Of a stretch of 64,000 nt of DNA, positions 51,854 through 62,996 are shown one piece after another. The position numbers and the translations under genes were made by a program. The DNA lies in the NCBI GenBank assembly GCA_008690995.1, contig VRMN01000014.1, positions 310,001 to 374,000 of the forward strand, written 5' to 3'. Position 1 is the first letter of the stretch. Each line of letters opens with the position of its first letter. Origin of the DNA: Porphyridium purpureum. Its lineage: Eukaryota. The notes under the pieces are model-generated. The model did not search any database. It was given only the letters and a program-made list of their open reading frames with translations, and was not told where the DNA came from.

Positions 51854-54800
51854 TCAACAAGTCTGGCTCTGAATCGGACGCTGGCAGGTCGTCGGGTACT
51901 TCTTCATCATTTTCCCTGCCATGTAGTCTTCGCGTCCATAGTATGGCTTCAGATGTTGGATCGGAAAAACATCATGACAAGCCACACCCTCGGGCAAAAT
52001 CACTCGGTAAGCATGCGAGCTTACCTTCTCAATGACAGGCACCGGACCAAGAAACTTTGGTGCCGCCAAATCACTCTTATTCGGCCGCAGTTGCGGCGCC
52101 GTGATCAACACTTGATCACCAACTTGAAACTCTCGGGCATCCTTGCTTCGATCGAAGAACTTCTGCATTCTCTCTTGGGCTTCGATCAAATTGTCGCGGA
52201 CTTCTTCATGGACTTTGCACAGGCGAAACCAGTGCTCCGCCATGTCCTTTGTCTGTCCGTCGCGCGCAGGCCTCCACCTTTCGCTCGGTGGAAACCAAGG
52301 ATCCCTTCCATATACCACTTTGAACGGCGCGAATCCAGTGGCACTGCTTGGTGCAGAGTTGTACGCAAACTCGTACAACGGCAAGTCTCGCACCCAGCCA
52401 CTATTCGTCGCCATCAACTTGAGCATTTCCCGAATCACGCGGTTCACTCGCTCAGTTTGGCCATCTGTCTGCGGGTGGTTGGCAGTAGACATTGCCAACT
52501 TCATGCCCACCCGCTTGCTCAGCTGCTGCCAAAAGGTGGACGTGAACAGCGGATCTCGGTCAGATACAATTGACTTGGGGTATCCGAAACGGCTCACGAC
52601 GTGCTTCACGAACAAGTCAGCACAACGCTTTGCTGTCAAGTCCTTGCGCGTCGGGATAAACAGCGCCATCTTCGAATAGCGATCCACCACAGTCATGATT
52701 GCATCACAGCTGCCTTCGCTCCGAGGCAGCTCCGTCACAAAGTCCATCGAAATGTCGACCCAAGGTCCTTCTGGGATCGACAAGGGCTTCAGCTTTCCAA
52801 ACGACCGATTCTCAGACTTTGTCACTTGGCACGCGTGACAAGTCTTCACAAAACGGCTCACGTCTCGCTTCATCTTTGGCCAGTAGAAGCGAGTGATCAA
52901 AGATGCATACGTCGTGTCCGCTCCACGGTGCCCCGCTGTCGGGATATCGTGGTGGAGTTGCATGACACGCTCTCTGAACTTCCTCGGCACGCAAACACGA
53001 TTCCTCAAGTACAAGAGCCCAGCTTCGGTTCGAAAACCCTGGTGGGTCGGTAAGTCTTCCATCAAAGTACCCAAGTCTGGGTCACTCGAGTACGAACCCA
53101 CGAATGCCTGGAAACCCGCACCAAATTCATCACACCGAACTTGGTACTCTAGCGCGTGCAACTCTGGCTTCCTCGACAAAGCATCGGCTACCACGTTCGA
53201 CTTTCCCTTCACATAGTCGATCGTGATGTCAAACTCGGCTAAAAAGTCCAACCACCGTGCCTGCCGGCCATTCAGCTCCTTCTGCGTCATCAGATGTTTC
53301 AACGCCTCATGATCCGTATGAAGCACAAACTTTGCCCCGTACAGATAAGGTCGAAACTCTCGCAGACAGTGAATGACGGCCATGAGCTCACCTTCATAGC
53401 TGCTGTACCTGGTCTCTCGGTCCAGCAGCTTACTCGACGTAAACGCGACCGGTCTGCCTTCCTGTGCCAGCCATCCCCCCACCGCGACTTCAGAGCGGTC
53501 CGTGTACACCTCAAATGGCTTTTCAGGGTCTGGCAAGGCCAACACCGGCGCTTCCGTCAACATACTCACAATCTTCTTGAAGGCCGACTTGCCTTCATCT
53601 CCCAGTTCGATCAGCTGCTTCTTCGACTTTGCGCTCTGCAACAGCGAAGTCAGCGGCGCCACGACGGTAGAGTATCCTTTGACAAACCTGCGAAACCAGT
53701 TTGTCATTCCCAAAAAGGATCTCAACTCCGTCACCGTCTTTGGCACTGGCCAATCTCTCAAAGCTTCCACCTTCCGTGGATCCATCTTCACGCAACCGTT
53801 GCCGACAATGTTCCCCAGGTATTCAACTTCAGAGACGAAGAAGCTGCACTTCTTGCGCTTCAAACGATACCCCGCCCTTTGCAAGCGCGACAACACTTCC
53901 TTCAGGACCTTACCATGCGACTGCCGATCCTTGGTGAAGACCAAAATATCGTCCAAGTAGACAATGACGGTCTTGTCCAGCAGATCTGCAAACAGCTCGT
54001 TCATGGCCCTCTGAAAAGTTGCCGGCGCGTTGCAAAGACCAAACGGCATCACACGGAACTCGAACTGTCCGTACCTGGTCTGGAACGCGGTCTTCGGCAC
54101 GTCCTCTCTCCGAACACGCAACTGGTGGTATCCCGATGCCAAATCCAACTTTGAAAAACAATGAGCTGCGCCCAGTCGATCCAGCAACTCATCCATGTTT
54201 GGCAACGGATACCGGTCCTTCACAGTTGCGTCGTTCAACGCCCGATAATCGACGCACATCCTCATGCTGCCGTCTTTCTTCTTCACGAGCAGCACGGGTG
54301 CTCCAAACGGGCTCTGACTCGGCTGGACGAATCCTTTGTCCAGCAAGTCATCCAAAGTCTCTCGGAGGACTTTCAACTCCGCAGGGCTCAGTCGGTAGAC
54401 CCTGCCCACTCTCACAGGCTTTTCATCTTTCAGCCTAATCACATGCTCCACTGTTCGGCTCTCAGGCAGCCCTCGCGGCTCCTCGAACAGATTTTCGAAA
54501 TCATTGAGCATCTTCTTCACAGAGTCATCTCGTTTGCGCTCCACTGAACAGGGCTCCTCCCTTCCTTTCAGCACGCCGAGGTAGCACTCTTCTACCTCCT
54601 GACTCTTCAACAGCCGACGGAGCTCTTTCCGTGGCACCAGCATCTGCGTCATGCTCCAGGCCTTCTTCTCTCCGTAGGCCAACATGCCAGACTGCCAATC
54701 AATCACTGGGTTCTCCCGCTTCAGCCACTCCATGCCCAAGATTGCGTCTTGTCCCGCAATCCGGCAAATGGCAAAGTTAGCGGCCCCTGAGTACCCATCG

Positions 54801-55315
54801 CTCAGTTCAAACTTGACATTGGAGACCTCTCCGGCTGTTTCCAATACAGACCCATCCGCTAGGGTCACATGATCTCTCTTCCACGACGCCTTCTGCTTCA
54901 GGCCGTCGGATTTCTGCACAAAGTCCACGCTCATGAAGTTGTCCGTCGCGCCACTGTCAATCAAAAACGTGGCCTCTCCGTCGGACTTGTGCACTTTTCC
55001 TCGAACTCGAAGAAGCATGGCAGCTCCCATCCCTCCAAGTTCCTTGATCACGGGCTGATTTGCGCTCGAGTTTCGCCCACAAGGGGTCGGACAGCCAGAC
55101 CTTGGCTTACCAAGGCCACCACAGCGGTCTTCATTGCCGCCCCTAGAGGTCTCGTAACGTCTGCGAGCCTCCTTTCCCTCTGACTGTCCGAGGAACCTTT
55201 TTACTCGAGCTCCTCGTTTTTTGACTCCAGCGAGTCTCCCTCCAGCTGGTGGATAGTCTTCCTTGCCTCGGGACACTTCCTCGCGATGTGTCCCGGCCTT
55301 CCACAATTCCAGCAT
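51854..55315 (-). CDS. Gypsy pol, copy 2 (1-bp deletion near 51914 alters the C-terminal tail)
   Basis: Near-identical to copy 1. TTTTCCCTGCC vs TTTTCCCCTGCC gives a GKMMKKY... tail. Confidence 0.93.
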   Translation of the reverse strand: MLELWKAGTHREEVSRGKEDYPPAGGRLAGVKKRGARVKRFLGQSEGKEARRRYETSRGGNEDRCGGLGKPRSGCPTPCGRNSSANQPVIKELGGMGAAMLLRVRGKVHKSDGEATFLIDSGATDNFMSVDFVQKSDGLKQKASWKRDHVTLADGSVLETAGEVSNVKFELSDGYSGAANFAICRIAGQDAILGMEWLKRENPVIDWQSGMLAYGEKKAWSMTQMLVPRKELRRLLKSQEVEECYLGVLKGREEPCSVERKRDDSVKKMLNDFENLFEEPRGLPESRTVEHVIRLKDEKPVRVGRVYRLSPAELKVLRETLDDLLDKGFVQPSQSPFGAPVLLVKKKDGSMRMCVDYRALNDATVKDRYPLPNMDELLDRLGAAHCFSKLDLASGYHQLRVRREDVPKTAFQTRYGQFEFRVMPFGLCNAPATFQRAMNELFADLLDKTVIVYLDDILVFTKDRQSHGKVLKEVLSRLQRAGYRLKRKKCSFFVSEVEYLGNIVGNGCVKMDPRKVEALRDWPVPKTVTELRSFLGMTNWFRRFVKGYSTVVAPLTSLLQSAKSKKQLIELGDEGKSAFKKIVSMLTEAPVLALPDPEKPFEVYTDRSEVAVGGWLAQEGRPVAFTSSKLLDRETRYSSYEGELMAVIHCLREFRPYLYGAKFVLHTDHEALKHLMTQKELNGRQARWLDFLAEFDITIDYVKGKSNVVADALSRKPELHALEYQVRCDEFGAGFQAFVGSYSSDPDLGTLMEDLPTHQGFRTEAGLLYLRNRVCVPRKFRERVMQLHHDIPTAGHRGADTTYASLITRFYWPKMKRDVSRFVKTCHACQVTKSENRSFGKLKPLSIPEGPWVDISMDFVTELPRSEGSCDAIMTVVDRYSKMALFIPTRKDLTAKRCADLFVKHVVSRFGYPKSIVSDRDPLFTSTFWQQLSKRVGMKLAMSTANHPQTDGQTERVNRVIREMLKLMATNSGWVRDLPLYEFAYNSAPSSATGFAPFKVVYGRDPWFPPSERWRPARDGQTKDMAEHWFRLCKVHEEVRDNLIEAQERMQKFFDRSKDAREFQVGDQVLITAPQLRPNKSDLAAPKFLGPVPVIEKVSSHAYRVILPEGVACHDVFPIQHLKPYYGREDYMAGKMMKKYPTTCQRPIQSQTC

Positions 55316-56007
55316 TTGAGCTCGGTACGAACACGCCTCTGACCCTGCACATGTCCCAGCTCCATCGGGACAGGTCCTTCCTGCGCTGCACGACCGAAAA
55401 ATGGCGTCCTCACACTTGAATCACGCACGCCGCGGGTCGCATGAATGGCGTCGTCCACGACCACCGCCACCTGCGCAGCCTCCGCGAACGTACTCACTCC
55501 TCGCTTGTACACTTCCAAGCGGACCTCGGGCTTCAGACCCCTCACAAAGCGGTCCATCATTTCTGCGTCCGACAAGTCCGGAATCACAAGTGCCGCGTCC
55601 TGAAAAGCCGCCACATACGCATGGGCCGGGCCTTTCTGCGAAAGACGCGTCAACTTGTCCCTTGCACGCCTGATCGAATCCTGCGGCGTGAACCGAGCAC
55701 TCACGAGGGCAGCAAAATCATTCCACGTCGTGGGGATCTCCTGCGGGTAGCGTTCGCAGTTTAGAACCCACCAATGAAGCGCCTCTCCCTCGAAATAGTC
55801 TGATGCCAGGTCCACAGCACGCCTCTCCGCAAGCAGACGTTTCTCCAAATCGTCCGGGTGGATGCTCTCCAACAGCCGGCCCAAGATCTTCTTTCTCGCC
55901 TGGAACAACCACGTCTTCACAACCAGAAGGTCACGCTTCCCGTCGAACCTCATCAGACGGGCCTCCTTCGGGCCACGTGGTCCCAGCGTCTCCGAATCAA
56001 TCTCCAT
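55201..56007 (-). CDS. Gypsy gag, copy 2
   Basis: 268 aa, CCHC knuckle, slippery site at 55216-55222. Confidence 0.93.
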   Translation of the reverse strand: MEIDSETLGPRGPKEARLMRFDGKRDLLVVKTWLFQARKKILGRLLESIHPDDLEKRLLAERRAVDLASDYFEGEALHWWVLNCERYPQEIPTTWNDFAALVSARFTPQDSIRRARDKLTRLSQKGPAHAYVAAFQDAALVIPDLSDAEMMDRFVRGLKPEVRLEVYKRGVSTFAEAAQVAVVVDDAIHATRGVRDSSVRTPFFGRAAQEGPVPMELGHVQGQRRVRTELKCWNCGRPGHIARKCPEARKTIHQLEGDSLESKNEELE

Positions 56008-56986
56008 GCTTTCTGGACTAAAGCACGCTCAACGATCACGACAACACGAACAGCAAGCCTCCGATGCTCACTTTCTCCAACAGCTGCGCGCAACCACGAA
56101 CGGGCTCGGTCGCCCTCACGAACACAAACCGACACACGAAGCTGTCCTCTCACGCACACACACGCACAGCAACCTCTCACGCACACACAACAAGCACACA
56201 GCAATCCTCCTCTGTTGCGCTGGATGGGGAGCGGCCCGGGCCTTTGCACTGGGGCGGGGATTATAGATGCGATCTTGTATGGAGGTGTTCGGCGCCTACC
56301 TTCGCAAAGGTGGTCGTGCGACACTAGGATGAATCCTAGTGAAGGCTGACCGTTACGGCTCTTGCCTACTAATACGTGCTAAGGCAGAGAGCGAGTCCGC
56401 CGTCAAGGCCTAGGCCTATCGTACAGCCAGGACTGAGACCCGCTTCCACCCGTCGCACCCTCCGGATCGACTTACTCGAACCCCCTTACCCGCAGACTCT
56501 CCCACCCAGGCAACCCCAGAGAAACTCTAAGAGAACCTTAGAGCAACCCCAGGTAACCAGCGATGATACCAAATGTTACCAATGCTGTGCCTTTTTTACT
56601 CTCTTCTTCTTACCTCTTCTGTCTCCGAGCAAGACCTGACCGGCTAGTCCGGGCAGGCGCGTCGCCTTTTTATACCCTTACTTCCGCTAGGGACAGCAAG
56701 GCGCCAAGAGAAATGACAATGCAAACCATTGGCATTTCTGCGCGCGTCTAGAAGGTTCTGGAACCTCTAGAAGCTTCTAGAAACGGTTAAACGGTCTACC
56801 GGTTTAGCGGCTTACCGGTTTCGGACTAACCGAACCGTTCTAGGTGACTGGGGTCGAACGGATAACATCTCCCCCCCTCTTGGCTCGACGTCTCGGCGAG
56901 ACTCCAAACTAAGTTGCATTCTTGGCTCGAGGAACCCGCGCTCCGGGAGAAAACCTCTGCCTAGCAAACTTCTCACAGTACCCAAG

Positions 56987-59900
56987 TCATTCAGAGTCAG
57001 ACTCTTCGATAATTTTCAACAAGTCGGGCTCAGAATCGGACGCCGGCATTTCGTCGGGTACTTCTTCATCATTTTCCCCTGCCATGTATTCTTCGCGTCC
57101 ATAGTATGGCCTCAGATGCTGGATCGGAAAAACATCATGACAAGCCACACCCTCGGGCAAAATCACTCGGTAAGCATGCGAGCTTACCTTCTCAATGACA
57201 GGCACCGGACCAAGAAACTTTGGTGCCGCCAAATCACTCTTGTTCGGCCGCATTTGCGGCGCCGTGACCAACACTTGATCACCAACTTGAAACTCCCGGG
57301 CATCCTTGCGTCGATCGAAGAACTTCTGCATTCTCCCCTGGGCTTCGATCAAATTGTCGAGGACTTCTTCATGGACTTTGCACAGGCGAAACCAGTGCTC
57401 CGCCATGTCCTTCGTCTGTCCGTCACGCGCAGGCGTCCACCCTTCACTCGGTGGAAACCGAGGATCCCTTCCATATACCACTTTGAACGGCGCGAATCCA
57501 GTGGCACTGCTTGGTGCAGAGTTGTACGCAAACTCGTACAACGGCAAGTCTCGCACCCAGCCGCTATTCGTCGCCATCAACTTGAGCATTTCCCGAATCA
57601 CGCGGTTCACTCGCTCAGTTTGGCCATCTGTCTGCGGGTGGTTGGCGGTAGACATAGCCAACTTCATACCCACCCGCTTGCTCAACTGCTGCCAAAACGT
57701 GGACGTAAACAGCGGATCTCGGTCCGATACAATTGACTTGGGGTATCCGAAACGGCTCACGACGTGCTTCACGAACAAGTCAGCACAACGTTTTGCTGTC
57801 AAGTCCTTGCGCGTCGGGATAAACAGCGCCATCTTCGAATATCGATCCACCACAGTCATGATTGCATCACAGCTGCCTTCGCTCCGAGGCAGCTCTGTCA
57901 CAAAGTCCATCGAAATGTCGACCCAAGGTCCTTCTGGGATCGACAAGGGCTTCAGCTTTCCAAACGACCGATTCTCTGACTTTGTCACTTGGCATGCGTG
58001 ACAAGTCTTCACAAAACGGCTCACGTCTCGCTTCATCTTTGGCCAGTAGAAGCGAGTCATCAAAGACGCATGAGTTGTGTCCGCTCCACGGTGCCCTGCT
58101 GTCGGGATATCGTGGTGGAGTTGCATGACACGCTCTCTGAACTTCCTCGGCACGCAAACGCGATTCCTCAAGTACAAGAGCCCAGCTTCGGTTCGAAAAC
58201 CCTGGTGGGTCGGTAAATCTCCCATCAAAGTACCAAAGTCTGGGTCACTCGAGTACGAACCCACGAATGCCTGGAAACCCGTACCAAATTCATCACACCG
58301 AACTTGGTACTCTAGCGCGTGCAACTCCGGCTTCCTCGACAAAGCATCGGCTACCACGTTCGACTTTCCCTTCACATAGTCGATAGTAATATCGAACTCG
58401 GCCAAAAAGTCCAACCACCGTGCCTGCCGGCCATTCAGCTCCTTCTGCGTCATCAAATGTTTCAACGCCTCATGATCTGTATGAAGCACAAACTTTGCCC
58501 CGTACAGATAAGGTCGAAACTCTCGCAGACAGTGAATGACGGCCATGAGCTCACCTTCATAGCTGCTGTACCTGGTCTCTCGGTCCAGCAGCTTCCTCGA
58601 CGTAAACGCGACCGGTCTGCCTTCCTGTGCCAGCCATCCCCCCACCGCGACTTCGGAGCGGTCCGTGTACACCTCAAATGGCTTTTCAGGGTCTGGCAAG
58701 GCCAACACCGGCGCTTCCGTCAACATCCCGACAATCTTCTTGAAGGCCGACTTGCCTTCATCTCCCAGTTCGATCAGCTGCTTCTTCGACTTTGCGTTCT
58801 GCAACAGCGAAGTCAGCGGCGCCACGACGGTAGAGTATCCTTTGACAAACCTGCGAAACCAGTTTGTCATTCCCAAAAAGGATCTCAACTCCGTCACCGT
58901 CTTTGGCACTGGCCAATCTCTCAAAGCTTCCACCTTCCGTGGATCCATCTTCACGCAACCGTTGCCGACAATGTTCCCCAGGTATTCGACTTCAGAAACG
59001 AAGAAGCTGCACTTCTTGCGCTTCAAATGATACCCCGCCCTTTGCAAGCGCGACAACACTTCCTTCAGGACCTCGCCGTGCGACTGCCTATCCTTGGTAA
59101 AGACCAAAATATCGTCCAAGTAGACAATGACGGTCTTGTCCAGCAGATCTGCAAACAGCTCGTTCATGGCCCTCTGAAAAGTTGCCGGCGCGTTGCAAAG
59201 ACCAAACGGCATCACACGGAACTCGAACTGTCCGTACCTGGTCTGGAACGCGGTCTTCGGCACGTCCTCTCCCCGAACACGCAACTGGTGGTATCCCGAT
59301 GCCAAATCCAACTTTGAGAAACAGTGAGCTGCGCCCAGTCGATCCAGCAACTCATCCATGTTCGGCAACGGATACCGGTCCTTCACAGTTGCGTCGTTCA
59401 ACGCCCGATAATCAACGCACATCCTCATGCTGCCGTCTTTCTTCTTCACGAACAGCACGGGTGCTCCAAACGGGCTCTGACTCGGCTGGACGAATCCTTT
59501 GTCCAGCAAGTCATCCAAAGTCTCTCGGAGGACTTTCAACTCCGCAGGGCTCAGTCGGTAGACCCTGCCCACTCTCACAGGCTTCTCATCTTTCAGCCTA
59601 ATCACATGCTCCACTGTTCGGCTCTCAGGCAGCCCACGTGGCTCCTCGAACAGATTTTCGAAATCCTTGAGCATCTTTCTCACAGAGTCAGCTTCTTTGC
59701 GCTCCACTGAACAGGGCTTCTCCCTTCCTTTCAGCACGCCGAGGTAGCACTCTTCTACCTCCTGACTCTTCAACAGCCGACGGAGCTCTTTCCGTGGCAC
59801 CAGCATCTGCGTCATGCTCCAGGCCTTTTTCTCTCCGTAGGCCAACATGCCAGACTGCCAATCAATCACTGGGTTCTCCCGCTTCAGCCACTCCATGCCC

Positions 59901-60478
59901 AAGATTGCGTCTTGTCCCGCAATCCGGCAAATGGCAAAGGTAGCGGTCCCTGAGTACCCATCGCTCAGTTCAAACTTGACATTGGAAACTTCTCCGGCTG
60001 TTTCCAATACAGACCCATCCGCTAGGGTCACATGATCTCTCTTCCACGACGCCTTCTGCTTCAGGCCGTCGGATTTCTGCACAAAGTCCACGCTCATGAA
60101 GTTGTCCGTCGCGCCACTGTCAATCAAAAACGTGGCCTCTCCGTCGGACTTGTGCACTTTTCCTCGAACTCGAAGAAGCATGGCAGCTCCCATCCCTCCA
60201 AGTTCCTTGATCACGGGCTGATTTGCGCTCGAGTTTCGCCCACAAGGTTTCGGACAGCCAGACCTTGGCTTACCAAGGCCACCACAGCGGTCTTCATTCC
60301 CGCCCCTAGAGGTCTCGTAACGTGTGCGAGCCTCCTTTCCCTCTGACTGTCCGAGGAACCTCTCTACTCGAGCTCCTCGTTTTTTGACTCCAGCGAGTCT
60401 CCCTCCAGCTGCTGGATAGTCTTCCTTGCCTCGGGACACTTCCTCGCGATGTGTCCCGGCCTTCCACAATTCCAGCAT
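56987..60478 (-). CDS. Gypsy pol, copy 3
   Basis: Intact 1163-codon ORF, the most diverged of the three copies. Confidence 0.95.
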   Translation of the reverse strand: MLELWKAGTHREEVSRGKEDYPAAGGRLAGVKKRGARVERFLGQSEGKEARTRYETSRGGNEDRCGGLGKPRSGCPKPCGRNSSANQPVIKELGGMGAAMLLRVRGKVHKSDGEATFLIDSGATDNFMSVDFVQKSDGLKQKASWKRDHVTLADGSVLETAGEVSNVKFELSDGYSGTATFAICRIAGQDAILGMEWLKRENPVIDWQSGMLAYGEKKAWSMTQMLVPRKELRRLLKSQEVEECYLGVLKGREKPCSVERKEADSVRKMLKDFENLFEEPRGLPESRTVEHVIRLKDEKPVRVGRVYRLSPAELKVLRETLDDLLDKGFVQPSQSPFGAPVLFVKKKDGSMRMCVDYRALNDATVKDRYPLPNMDELLDRLGAAHCFSKLDLASGYHQLRVRGEDVPKTAFQTRYGQFEFRVMPFGLCNAPATFQRAMNELFADLLDKTVIVYLDDILVFTKDRQSHGEVLKEVLSRLQRAGYHLKRKKCSFFVSEVEYLGNIVGNGCVKMDPRKVEALRDWPVPKTVTELRSFLGMTNWFRRFVKGYSTVVAPLTSLLQNAKSKKQLIELGDEGKSAFKKIVGMLTEAPVLALPDPEKPFEVYTDRSEVAVGGWLAQEGRPVAFTSRKLLDRETRYSSYEGELMAVIHCLREFRPYLYGAKFVLHTDHEALKHLMTQKELNGRQARWLDFLAEFDITIDYVKGKSNVVADALSRKPELHALEYQVRCDEFGTGFQAFVGSYSSDPDFGTLMGDLPTHQGFRTEAGLLYLRNRVCVPRKFRERVMQLHHDIPTAGHRGADTTHASLMTRFYWPKMKRDVSRFVKTCHACQVTKSENRSFGKLKPLSIPEGPWVDISMDFVTELPRSEGSCDAIMTVVDRYSKMALFIPTRKDLTAKRCADLFVKHVVSRFGYPKSIVSDRDPLFTSTFWQQLSKRVGMKLAMSTANHPQTDGQTERVNRVIREMLKLMATNSGWVRDLPLYEFAYNSAPSSATGFAPFKVVYGRDPRFPPSEGWTPARDGQTKDMAEHWFRLCKVHEEVLDNLIEAQGRMQKFFDRRKDAREFQVGDQVLVTAPQMRPNKSDLAAPKFLGPVPVIEKVSSHAYRVILPEGVACHDVFPIQHLRPYYGREEYMAGENDEEVPDEMPASDSEPDLLKIIEESDSE

Positions 60479-61170
60479 TTGAGCTCGGTACGAACACGCC
60501 TCTGACCCTGCACATGTCCCAGCTCCATCGGGACAGGTCCTTCCTGCGCTGCACGACCGAAAAATGGCGTCCTCACACTTGAATCACGCACGCCGCGGGT
60601 CGCATGAATGGCGTCGTCCACGACCACCGCCACCTGCGCAGCCTCCGCAAACGTGCTCACTCCTCGCTTGTACACTTCCAAGCGGACCTCGGGCTTCAGA
60701 CCCCTCACAAAGCGGTCCATCATTTCTGCGTCCGACAAGTCCGGAATCACAAGTGCCGCGTCCTGAAAAGCCGCCACATACGCATGGGCCGGGCCTTTCT
60801 GCGAAAGAAGCGTCAACTTGTCCCTTGCACGCCTGATCGAATCCTGCGGCGTGAACCGAGCACTCACGAGGGCAGCGAAATCATTCCACGTCGTGGGGAT
60901 CTCCTGCGGGTAGCGCTCGCAGTTCAGGACCCACCAATGAAGCGCCTCTCCCTCGAAGTAGTCTGATGCCAAGTCCACAGCACGCCTCTCCGCAAGCAGA
61001 CGTTTCTCCAAATCGTCCGGGTGGATGCTCTCCAACAGCCGGCCCAAGATCTTCTTTCTCGCCTGGAACAACCACGTCTTCACAACCAGAAGGTCACGCT
61101 TCCCGTCGAACCTCATCTGACGGGCCTCCTTCGGGCCACGTGGTCCCAGCGTCTCCGAATCAATCTCCAT
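60364..61170 (-). CDS. Gypsy gag, copy 3
   Basis: 268 aa, CCHC knuckle, slippery site at 60379-60385. Confidence 0.93.
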   Translation of the reverse strand: MEIDSETLGPRGPKEARQMRFDGKRDLLVVKTWLFQARKKILGRLLESIHPDDLEKRLLAERRAVDLASDYFEGEALHWWVLNCERYPQEIPTTWNDFAALVSARFTPQDSIRRARDKLTLLSQKGPAHAYVAAFQDAALVIPDLSDAEMMDRFVRGLKPEVRLEVYKRGVSTFAEAAQVAVVVDDAIHATRGVRDSSVRTPFFGRAAQEGPVPMELGHVQGQRRVRTELKCWNCGRPGHIARKCPEARKTIQQLEGDSLESKNEELE

Positions 61171-62030
61171 GCTTTCTGGACTAAAGCACGCTCAACGACG
61201 ACAACGACACAAACAGCAAGCCTCCGATGCTCACTTTCTCCAACAGCTGCGCGCACCACGAACGGGCTCGGTCGCCCTCACGAACACAAACCGACACACG
61301 AAGCTGTCCTCTCACGCACACACACGCACAGCAATCTTCTCACGCACACACAACAAAGCACACAGCAATCCTCCTCTGTTGCGCTGGATGGGGAGCGGCC
61401 CGGGCCTTTGCACTGGGGCGGGGATTATAGATGCGATCTTATATGGAGGTGTTCGGCGCCTACCTTCGCAAAGGTGGTCGTGCGACACTAGGATGAATCC
61501 TAGTGAAGGCTGACCGTTACGGCTCTTGCCTACTAATACGTGCTAAGGCAGAGAGCGAGTCCGCCGTCAAGGCCTAGGCCTATCGTACAGCCAAGACTGA
61601 GACCCGCTTCCACCCGTCGCACCCTCCGGATCGACTTACTCGAACCCCCTTACCCGCAGACTCTCCCACCCAGGCAACCCCGGAGAAGCTCTAAGAGAAC
61701 CTTAGAGCAACCCCAGGTAACCAGCGATGATACCAAATGTTACCAATGCTGTGCCTTTTACTCTGCTTCTTCTTTCTTCTTCTGTCTCCGAGCAAGACCT
61801 GACCGGCTAGTCCGGGCAGGCGCGTCGCCTTTTTATACCCTTACTTCCGCTAGGGACAGCAAGGCGCCAAGAGAAATGACAATGCAAACCATTGGCATTT
61901 CTGCGCGCGTCTAGAAGGTTCTGGAACCTCTAGAAGCTTCTAGAAACGGTTCAACGGTCTACCGGTTTAACGGCTTACCGGTTTTGGATTAACCGAACCG
62001 TTCTAGGTGACTGGGGTCGAACGGATAACA

Positions 62031-62781
62031 CCATGCGTCGCCACAGTGGCGGAGGATCCGCAATGTTTTGGGGTGCCATGTCGTGGCACGGACTGAGTAC
62101 GTTGCATCGTGTTCAAGGCTCGCTGAATGCCGAGCGATATCGGCAGGTTATGCTGAACGTCATGATGCCCTGGGCATTGGAACTGCCTTGGCGCCTTGAT
62201 CAGCCGGATTGCCCATTCATATTTCAGCAAGATAATGCGCCCGGACATGCAGCGCTGAGCACGCGCGAGCTGTTTGACACGGTCGGAATCGCACTGCTTG
62301 ATTGGCCAGCGCGGTCGCCGGACTTGAATCCAGTTGAGAATCTGTGGGCGATCGTTTCTCACCGTGTGCATTGGCAAGGACGCCAGTTTATGCGCCTCGA
62401 TGACATGCTTCCAGTTATCTATGACTGCTGGCGAACGGAAGCGCCAAAGTATGTTGAGGCACTTTTCGAGAGCATGCCCCGTCGCCTGCAAGCTTGCATC
62501 GACGCCGGTGGCCGTCAAACCAAGTACTAGTTTCGTTACGACAGTTAAATCTCTTCTCATAAGCGTGTTTGTCCTCATCAACCTGTTTTATTGTTTTTCT
62601 CTTTTTCGGCACTTCTCACACCTGTCGTTTTGTTCTACGATACCTTTGGACGCCCCTACCCATTTTCCGTGCCGCTGATTCTTTTTGTGTTATCAAAATA
62701 GACGACAACCTAGTCGAAAAGCCGAGGTGTTCACAAAACACTTCATTTAATCCCGTGGGACAACTAACTTGGCCAGGACTG
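62031..62781 (+). mobile_element. 3' half of a Tc1-like DD34E DNA transposon (transposase fragment 62033-62530 plus right TIR)
   Basis: GGGSAMFWGAM, FQQDNAPGH, WPARSPDLNPVENLW (D-34-E). Right end reads TA-CAGTCCTGGCCAA on the minus strand, with TA at 62782-62783. Confidence 0.9.
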
Positions 62782-62996
62782 TACCCGCCCTCTCTCTGTG
62801 CAACCCTAGCCGTCCATTTTGCAGTGTACCCGGCAGTCAGTAAGCCGCTTACCACCTCACGCCCACCCCCGCGTTTGAACTGGCTGGGATTTGGACGCCC
62901 CGCGACGCAAATTCATAGCAGAACAATCACGTTTTACTATCTTCCGCCGCTTGGCGCCTTGCGCACTTGCGCACTTGCGCACGTACGCACGCGCGA

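Larger units (their letters stand above)
51409..62030 (-). mobile_element. Tandem gypsy copies 2 and 3 sharing a central LTR
   Basis: LTRs 51409-51705, 56574-56867 and 61738-62030. The middle LTR has a PBS on one side and a PPT on the other. Outer flanks TTCTG vs CCATG (no TSD). Confidence 0.95.

Noticed and set aside
51409..56867. Gypsy copy 2 as a clean recombinant of copies 1 and 3
   Set aside because: Shared variants are interleaved and can be explained by private mutations in copies 1 and 3; no single breakpoint seen by eye.
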